Below, piece by piece: positions 57,365-64,000 of a stretch of 64,000 nt of DNA. Below the pieces are notes generated by a model, which did not search any database, was not told the origin of the DNA, and worked only from the letters and a program-made list of their open reading frames with translations. The stretch comes from Taibaiella koreensis (GTDB taxonomy: Bacteria > Bacteroidota > Bacteroidia > Chitinophagales > Chitinophagaceae), in assembly GCF_003545715.1 (NCBI RefSeq), contig NZ_QVNU01000001.1, forward strand, positions 1,231,962-1,295,961, in the 5' to 3' direction. Within the stretch, counting starts at the first letter, position 1; every line of letters begins with the position of its first letter. The position numbers and the translations under genes are program-made.

Positions 57365-57925
57365 TCATACGCCTGCGCTGCTGTGAATGCCTTCGGCGAT
57401 CTCTTCGATCATTTTCCGGTTGAATGCCGGCAGGTCGTCCGGTTTACGGCTGGTGACCAGGCCCCTGTCTACCACTACTTCACGGTCGGTCCAGGTAGCG
57501 CCGGCATTTTCAAGGTCGGTTTTCAATGAGGGATAAGAGGTCATTTCCCTGCCTTTGAGCATGCCCGTTTCAATAAGCGTTTGCGGCCCGTGGCAGATGG
57601 CCGCTATCGGCTTGCCCTGCTCAAAGAAGCGGGCGGCGAAAGCCACTGCATTTTTATCCAGGCGCAACTTGTCGGGATTCATCACGCCACCAGGCAGCAT
57701 CAGGGCGTCATAATCGTCAGCATTCGCTTCTTCCAGGGTGTGATCTACCGGAACGGCTATACCCCAGTCTTTTTGCTTCCAGGCACGGATATCCTCTTTT
57801 TCCGGTGCGATGATATCTACTTTCGCTCCGGCTTCCTCCAGCGCTTTCTTCGGTTCTGTCAACTCTACTTCTTCAAAGCCATGGGTCGAGAGAATAGCCA
57901 CTTTTTTGTTGCTTAGCTTAGCCAT
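57365..57925 (-). CDS. DJ-1/PfpI family protein (type 1 glutamine amidotransferase-like; YhbO-like stress protein)
   Basis: …KVAILSTHGFEEVE… with the nucleophile elbow …AAICHGPQ…. Confidence 0.88.
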   Translation of the reverse strand: MAKLSNKKVAILSTHGFEEVELTEPKKALEEAGAKVDIIAPEKEDIRAWKQKDWGIAVPVDHTLEEANADDYDALMLPGGVMNPDKLRLDKNAVAFAARFFEQGKPIAAICHGPQTLIETGMLKGREMTSYPSLKTDLENAGATWTDREVVVDRGLVTSRKPDDLPAFNRKMIEEIAEGIHSSAGV

Positions 57926-58285
57926 GATCGTATCATTTTTTCAATTAAAGAATAGATGGTCTATTGCAACAAAAAGTTGCCGTTGCAGTTTTTAAGGAAA
58001 TGTTGAATCGGGTCTTAGGCTTGGCTACACGATGCTTGCAGCAGCCTGTGCTGCCCGGAGTTGTGCTTTCCATTATCCGCTGTCAACAAACAGGACGGAG
58101 AGGCGTTAAGCTATCAGTGCAGCTTATCAGCACGCAGGTTTAAGGATTGGGGATAAGCAATACTACGCTGTTTGGTGAAAGCATTTCGAAGGGAAACCAC
58201 GTAGCTAACCACGAAGGGCGCCAGGCTATACGCAAGGGCGTAACGAATTGATGCGAAGAATATTGCCGGTAACTCACAGGCGGAT

Positions 58286-59122
58286 ATGATCATATGCGCC
58301 CTGAGGAGCGAAGTTAAAGTGCAACAGATATCGCTTTTTTGCTACATGACTTTGGATAGGAGTTACCTTATCGGCGCTTGCTTCCCGATAATGGCCTTTT
58401 TTTGCGCTAGCCAAACCCTCCTATCTTTAGTACCTTTGATTATGGCAACAGATCATACACCTGATTATATGCGGCTGATGCAGAAGATGACAGATGTTAT
58501 CGCGCATGATGTCCGCAATCCGCTCAACAATATCCTGCTGTCTACGGCCCAGTTCAAGCTCGACAGTCTGCCCGATAAAGAAGATACCGCTTTTTATGTC
58601 GATATTATCGAACGCAATTGCGACCGGATCCATGCCTTGCTGGCCGAGATTACAGCGGTCATCCACATGCAGGGGCTTACGCCCGGTACCTTCGACCTTA
58701 CCGAAATGATCAGGGAGCTGCTGGAAGAACAATCCGAACGCCTGGAGCTGAAGCAGATCACCTGTATGCCATCGCTCAACGAGGTGATTGTGTCCCGCTT
58801 TGACAGGGAAAAATTGAAATCGGCCCTCGGCAAACTGCTGGATAATGCGCTGGAGGCGATGAACGGCGGAGGAATTCTTAAGGTCGCGGCCAGCGAACAG
58901 GACGATGAGATATGCCTCCTGGTGGGTGACTCGGGCGAGGGCATACCGCCCGAAGTGTTGCCCCACATTTTTGCGCCTTTCTTTACCACCCGCGAGCGGA
59001 ATCGGGGCCTGGGCCTGGCCTGGGTGAAGAATATAATAGAAGCGCACCAGGGAAGGGTAGCCGTGGAAACCGGTACGGATGGTTCCCGCTTTATGCTCTT
59101 CCTGCCGAAGCCCGTTATCTGA
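58286..59122 (+). CDS. sensor histidine kinase (HisKA + HATPase_c, minimal sensor region)
   Basis: H-box …IAHDVRNPLN…, N-box …LLDNALEAM… and G-boxes. The true start may be at 58346 or 58442. Confidence 0.8.
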   Translation: MIICALRSEVKVQQISLFCYMTLDRSYLIGACFPIMAFFCASQTLLSLVPLIMATDHTPDYMRLMQKMTDVIAHDVRNPLNNILLSTAQFKLDSLPDKEDTAFYVDIIERNCDRIHALLAEITAVIHMQGLTPGTFDLTEMIRELLEEQSERLELKQITCMPSLNEVIVSRFDREKLKSALGKLLDNALEAMNGGGILKVAASEQDDEICLLVGDSGEGIPPEVLPHIFAPFFTTRERNRGLGLAWVKNIIEAHQGRVAVETGTDGSRFMLFLPKPVI

Positions 59123-59156
59123 CACGGGGCGACGGGCCAAGCAATTGTTGTCTGCC

Positions 59157-60587
59157 TTATTTATCGTTGGATTGCTGCATCGAGCGGAGCTTGTTGTACA
59201 GCGTTTTCCGGTCGATATTGAGTATCTCTGCCGCTTTGGTCTTATTGAATTTGACCTGTTGCAGCACTTCCATGATCCGTTTTTGCTCACCCTGGATCGC
59301 CGCATTTTTGAGGCTGGGATCATTTCCGGACTGGTCTTCCTCATTTCCTGACCGGCTCTGTTGTGGCGCAAACTGGCTCATGTTCTTGGAATTGAGCAGC
59401 TCGAGGGGCAGCGCTTTCTGCGTGATCTCTTTACCTTCCGGCGTCAGCAAACAAGCCCTGCGAATTACATTTTTCAGTTCCCGGATGTTCCCGGGCCATT
59501 TATAGACCAGCAGCAGCTCCCATACTGCCGGTGAAATGCCGGCTATGGATTTGTTCAGTTCTTTGCCGGCGTTAGCGAGGAAGGTATTAACAAACTGCGG
59601 CAGATCGGCTTCCCGTTCACGCAATGCGGGCACTTTAAGGGTAAATTCGTTGAGTCTGTGATAGAGATCTTCCCTGAATGTTTTGTTCAGTACATTTTCG
59701 TAGAGATTCTCGTTAGAGGCGACAATAATGCGTATATCCACTTTGATCGTCTTGACGCCACCGACCTTCCGGACCGATTTTTCCTGCAGGGCACGCAATA
59801 GGTACACCTGCACTTCGTAAGAAAGGTTGCCGATCTCATCGAGAAAAATGGTGCCGCCTTCTGCCTGCTCAAATGCACCTTCCTTGGTATGCAGCGCACC
59901 AGTAAAAGCCCCTTTCTCGTGTCCGAAAAGCTCGCTGGCTGCGAGCTCTTTGGACAGGCTGCCACAGTCGATCGCGATAAACGGACCGTTCCTGCGATTG
60001 CTTTTCTGGTGGATGAGGTGCGCCAGGGCTTCCTTGCCGGTACCTGTTTCACCGTAGAGGATAACGCTGTAATCGGTAGGGGCTACGAGATTGACGTGCT
60101 CAAAGAGGTTCCTGGAGGCTTCACTTTCGCCAATAACATAACCATCGGGGGAGGCGGTAGTGAGCGGCCCGGGGGTACTATAGCCATTTTTCGCTTCCGG
60201 GATTGCATGTGTTGCCACGGGCATATTACCATCCTTGAGCGCATTGTCGATGATCTTCAGTATCTCATCGGGGTACAGCGGCTTGGATAGGTAATGATAA
60301 GCGCCATTTTTGATCAGGTCCACGGCAACGCGTACATCCGCATATCCTGTAATGAAAATAACAATGATGTTGGGGTAAAGTGGCTGTATTTTCTCGAAAA
60401 GTTCTTTACCGGTAATATCCTGCAAATGATAATCGCAAAGCATGATATCGTACGATTCGCTTTTCAGCTGACGCAGCGCGTCGGCACCTGAAGTACAGCT
60501 TTGGGCATCATAGCCGTTCTTGCTCAGGAAGCGTGTTAGCAAAGTACATACGGATAGCTCATCATCTACAATCAGGATTTTCTTCAT
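59157..60587 (-). CDS. sigma-54-dependent response regulator (NtrC family: REC + AAA+ + Fis-type HTH)
   Basis: REC domain, Walker A GETGTGKE, GAFTGA sigma-54 contact motif, …GGTIFLDEIG… and a C-terminal HTH. Confidence 0.9.
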   Translation of the reverse strand: MKKILIVDDELSVCTLLTRFLSKNGYDAQSCTSGADALRQLKSESYDIMLCDYHLQDITGKELFEKIQPLYPNIIVIFITGYADVRVAVDLIKNGAYHYLSKPLYPDEILKIIDNALKDGNMPVATHAIPEAKNGYSTPGPLTTASPDGYVIGESEASRNLFEHVNLVAPTDYSVILYGETGTGKEALAHLIHQKSNRRNGPFIAIDCGSLSKELAASELFGHEKGAFTGALHTKEGAFEQAEGGTIFLDEIGNLSYEVQVYLLRALQEKSVRKVGGVKTIKVDIRIIVASNENLYENVLNKTFREDLYHRLNEFTLKVPALREREADLPQFVNTFLANAGKELNKSIAGISPAVWELLLVYKWPGNIRELKNVIRRACLLTPEGKEITQKALPLELLNSKNMSQFAPQQSRSGNEEDQSGNDPSLKNAAIQGEQKRIMEVLQQVKFNKTKAAEILNIDRKTLYNKLRSMQQSNDK

Positions 60588-61015
60588 ACGGGCCGGTAAG
60601 TTGGGGACTATTGATTATTGGGATTTCAAATATACTGTAAATTATGGAACTACAGAGATGAACTAATTATAAATGAAGGGTTAATATGATTGTTGTGATC
60701 CTTTGCTGCAAAGGGTTTCGGCCTTCTGCTCTTCTTTTGCTGTTTTGCGTATTTTAACACAGGAATGACTTTTGTCCAACATATTTTTCTGAAAAGGACT
60801 AAAGCTCCCAGGCTCAGGGCAATGATGCGTCGGCACGAAAAGGGATAAAGCCTCCTTTTTACTATTGTAGGCCGGCCATAAAGGCGGGCCGGTCCTGCTT
60901 TCTGCCAGGCCGGCACCGATATTGCGGTAGTCTACCCGGAATAGCCCGGGGCAGGATAATTGCATGTGATTTTCAAACAGCCCGAAGGCGCGTTAAGGTG
61001 ATAGATAAGGTCTTT

Positions 61016-61534
61016 TCAGGACAGGGGCTCCAGTATGGCTGCCGTGCTGTGTGCCAGCTCCTCCTGCCCGGGCATGAGCTTATCGGCAAGAATGCGGATA
61101 AGGCGCTGGGCATATTCCACCGGTACAGCGCTGGGCGCTTTTGCCATGGGGACGAGCTTTTCTGCATAGATCACTTTATTCAAACGGACGATCGCGGCGT
61201 AGGCAGGTTCATAGAGACCTTCCGCATTGGAAACACAGCCATTGATCGCCAGGCCGATTTCACTATTGAATTGCAGGGCTACCTTCCTTGCCATTTCTAT
61301 GGTCAACGACAGATTCACCTCATTCTTGCGGTCAGATGCTATGGGATCCACACCCAGCTGCTCGCTCAGCTGATGATTGTTGCAAGTGGTAATGCCGCCC
61401 TGAAAATATTCGCCGGCTTGCTCTACGCTACCCAGCAGCATCTGCAGGCAGCCCGAGGTAATGTTTTCTGCAACGGCAATGCTTTCATAATGATAAACGC
61501 AATACTCTTTGATGGATCGGATCAGTTGTTTCAT
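61016..61534 (-). CDS. CinA family protein (C-terminal domain; nicotinamide-nucleotide amidohydrolase PncC-like)
   Basis: …SIAVAENITSGCLQ… matches the CinA C-terminal domain signature. The start was chosen at MKQLIRS. Confidence 0.78.
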   Translation of the reverse strand: MKQLIRSIKEYCVYHYESIAVAENITSGCLQMLLGSVEQAGEYFQGGITTCNNHQLSEQLGVDPIASDRKNEVNLSLTIEMARKVALQFNSEIGLAINGCVSNAEGLYEPAYAAIVRLNKVIYAEKLVPMAKAPSAVPVEYAQRLIRILADKLMPGQEELAHSTAAILEPLS

Positions 61535-62160
61535 ATCAGTTGTTGGTTTTTCGCAGCACTCGCATCGCAGCACTCGCACAAGTATTGTTCAAAAATGGTT
61601 CCTAAATCCGTTGCAAGAGCCTTGGTTCAACGGATTTAATTTAGCTTCTGCTTAATGTAGTGGTACGTAATTGTTTATGTAAGGAACACGGTGTGAACAA
61701 TACGATGCAGCACATGGTTGTATTCACCGGATTTTCCCCGGTTTGGGTAATTTATTCCCCTAGGTGCCCAATTTGCTGATAGCAGTATCATGAAGCAACG
61801 CTTACCATCGTTGCATGTGTGCAGTAAGGGCTGTGTGACAGGCTATTGTGGAAAGCGATTATGGAAAACTGCCACAGATCGTGGAACAAAATACCGACCG
61901 TGGATAAACTAACTTTTGTTTAAGTAGTTTGTAATCATTTATTTGTGTAAGTGGCACGATTTTCGGACGGAATATAAATATGGAAAAGCTGTTCAAGACC
62001 ACATATGGATTGATGCAATACCTCTTGCTGGGCTTGCTTACCCTCGGTTACTGGGTAGAGATGGCGGAAGAACTGGAAGCTGGCAATCAGAGTGCACGTC
62101 TGGGCAAGAGCCTGTTGGTGCTGCTGAAGTTGCTGGTGTACCCAAAATAAGCGGCTTCTC

Positions 62161-62526
62161 TCATTGATACTTTCCGTACCGGGTAACGACTTGCTCAAAT
62201 TCCTTCAGGTCGAAGGGTTTCTTAATATAAGTATCGGCGCCGGCTTCGCTGGCCAGGGATTCCACATCCCTGTTAGCCGAAAAATAGATCACAGGTATCT
62301 GCCGCAGGTCTTCGGTGTCTTTAAGCCGGCGGGTAGCGGCGATACCGCCGTCTTCGGGGATCCAGTTGTCCATGAGGATAACATCGGGCTTTTCTGTCCT
62401 TACCTTAGCGATAATATCGTTGCAATTGAGCGATGAGCTTACTTCCCATCCCAGCCTTTTGAAAATAAAAGTACAGATGGATAAGATATCCTTGTCATCG
62501 TCGAAAATCATCAATTTATTAGTCAT
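62161..62526 (-). CDS. stand-alone receiver-domain response regulator
   Basis: …LMIFDDDKDIL…ILMDNWIP…KPF…. It lies immediately downstream of the PAS kinase gene and overlaps it by 8 bp. Confidence 0.78.
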   Translation of the reverse strand: MTNKLMIFDDDKDILSICTFIFKRLGWEVSSSLNCNDIIAKVRTEKPDVILMDNWIPEDGGIAATRRLKDTEDLRQIPVIYFSANRDVESLASEAGADTYIKKPFDLKEFEQVVTRYGKYQ

Positions 62527-64000
62527 TGTTTGTCTGTTTCTGATAAGGGCCTGCAGGAAGCGGTAGGGTGAACCAAAAGGTGCTGCCTTTACCCAGCTCG
62601 CTTTCCACACCTATTTCGCCGCCATGCCGGCGAATAATATCGGCCGAGATATAAAGCCCCAGGCCCAACCCCGAGTATTTTTCCGATGAATTGAATCCCC
62701 TGAAGAAGCGATCGAAAACGAGCGGTACATTTTCGGAGCTGATGCCGATACCGCTGTCTTTTACCTCCACGCGTAGCAGGTCGTTTGTAATATAAGCATC
62801 CAGCACTACTTCTGTTGCTTCGGGCGAATATTTTACAGCATTCGAAAGGAAGTTCAGCACCACCTGCTCGATACGGTTCTGGTCGCCGAAGATCAGGAGC
62901 GGCTTGTTACGCCTGATGCTGATCTGGTTCTGTGAGAGATTTTGTATGTGGTAAACACATTCTTTTATCAGCTCGCTGATGTCGAACGATGACTGGCTGA
63001 AGGTCATTTTTCCCGCCTGTATTTTGGTTACATCGAGCAAATTTTCGACCAGTGTTGTCAGCTTATCCACCTGGTCATTGGCCCGCTGGATGAAATCCCT
63101 GGCAAGGCCCTGGCTATTGTCTTCCTCCAGCACACGTTCTACGATCTGTAGCGAAGCCTTCATGCTCGTAATAGGTGTTTTGAGCTCATGGCTGGCGATG
63201 CTCATGAACTCATCTTTCCTTTGCAGCAGCTCCAGCGTGGCCTCTTCGGCTTTCTTTAACGGTGTGATGTCCATGAGCGAGCTGATGAGCCGGTAGGGCA
63301 TACCCAGCTCATCTTTCAGTATGTAGCCCCGTTCCAGCACATAGCCGTATTGGCCCTTGCCGTTGCGCAGCCGGTACTCACCGGTCCATTGCGGCTCGCC
63401 GGTATTGATCGCATTAAAGATGCCCTGCTTCACCTCTTTAAGATCGTCTTTATGAATATGGGTAAACCAGAAGTCAATGGTAGGTTGTATATCGTCGTGT
63501 GAAAAATGAAAGAGGCTGAAGAAGCTTTCACTGTTCCACACCTGGTTGTTGACCAGGTCCCAGTCTTTGATCACATCATTAGTAGCGCGACTTACGAGCC
63601 GGAAGCGCTCTTCGCTCAGCGAAAGCGCCTGCGTGCGGTTGTTCACTTCTTCTTCCAGGCGGGTATTGAGCTCTTTCAGGCTTTCCCGTGTGGCGATCAG
63701 CTCGTGGTAATTCTTTTTCAGTCGCTTTTCTGCATTTTTCTTTTGGGTTACCTCACTGTACGTGATCATAACGCCTTCGTTGATCTTTACTGCCGAGAGA
63801 TCAAAATGCCGCTCTCCGGCGGGAGCGGGAAAATGATACTCCAGGTTGAGCGCCCTGCCGTTTTCGATTACACGGAGCAGCTTTTCCCATATTTCATGAA
63901 GCAGCAGGTGGGGTCCCATTTTCCGGAACGACCGGCCATTGAGATTGTCCTTTTTGCCGGCCAGCAGCAATTCGGCAGCATGATTCACTGCCGTGATCCT
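62519..64000 (-). CDS. PAS-domain sensor histidine kinase, 5' end beyond the window
   Basis: PAS region, coiled-coil, HisKA (…SIASHELKTPITSMK…) and HATPase_c. The frame stays open through base 64000. Confidence 0.85.
   Translation of the reverse strand, partial: RITAVNHAAELLLAGKKDNLNGRSFRKMGPHLLLHEIWEKLLRVIENGRALNLEYHFPAPAGERHFDLSAVKINEGVMITYSEVTQKKNAEKRLKKNYHELIATRESLKELNTRLEEEVNNRTQALSLSEERFRLVSRATNDVIKDWDLVNNQVWNSESFFSLFHFSHDDIQPTIDFWFTHIHKDDLKEVKQGIFNAINTGEPQWTGEYRLRNGKGQYGYVLERGYILKDELGMPYRLISSLMDITPLKKAEEATLELLQRKDEFMSIASHELKTPITSMKASLQIVERVLEEDNSQGLARDFIQRANDQVDKLTTLVENLLDVTKIQAGKMTFSQSSFDISELIKECVYHIQNLSQNQISIRRNKPLLIFGDQNRIEQVVLNFLSNAVKYSPEATEVVLDAYITNDLLRVEVKDSGIGISSENVPLVFDRFFRGFNSSEKYSGLGLGLYISADIIRRHGGEIGVESELGKGSTFWFTLPLPAGPYQKQTNND

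Noticed and set aside
58427-59371. 314-aa minus-strand ORF
   Set aside because: It is antisense to the histidine kinase gene, which has canonical H, N and G boxes.
60911-60926. Sigma-54-like -24/-12 motif cGGCACcgataTTGCg, 320 bp upstream of the NtrC-type regulator gene
   Set aside because: The spacing is correct, but a 9-base match is expected about 0.5 times by chance in 128 kb of two-strand sequence. The only plus-strand ORF downstream is the rejected shadow ORF, and the nearest real gene (cinA-like) is on the other strand.
60998-61639. 213-aa plus-strand ORF
   Set aside because: It is antisense to the CinA-domain gene. The CinA frame carries the family signature (SIAVAE.ITSG).

Overview
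This 64 kb window looks like chromosomal DNA from a Bacteroidota genome (Chitinophagaceae/Sphingobacteriia-like), with about 50% GC. I infer the lineage from T9SS type-A and type-B C-terminal sorting domains, TAnnTTTG-like promoter elements and Bacteroidetes-style GG-motif leader peptides; I could not run a database search. Most of the window is ordinary housekeeping and accessory content: a partial acyl-CoA dehydrogenase, an O-antigen/EPS priming sugar transferase with a Gfo/Idh/MocA oxidoreductase, a fused MurF-Alr, three consecutive T9SS cargo genes, a flotillin, a TatA gene next to two Tat-signal ferritin-like proteins, a TonB-dependent receptor, a PQQ sugar dehydrogenase, and several two-component systems. 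I saw no tRNA or rRNA genes, no CRISPR array and no integrase or transposase. Two loci stand out. First, three tandem small genes at 23.4-24.3 kb encode double-glycine leader peptides with Cys/Pro-rich cores that share CP(P)RP[ST][FY] and C-terminal CP[TH]LP motifs; they sit between two LytTR-type two-component systems and end at a clean terminator. Second, a fourth GG-leader peptide gene at 46.2-46.4 kb lies beside a Crp/Fnr regulator and two paralogous small membrane proteins, divergent across a perfect 20 bp palindrome from a B12-binding radical SAM enzyme with a non-canonical CX4CX2C motif. Other unexplained structure: a 15-copy GGTATTR heptanucleotide repeat tract in the maoC promoter region, and a duplicated ~75 bp element in a 730 bp intergenic gap.
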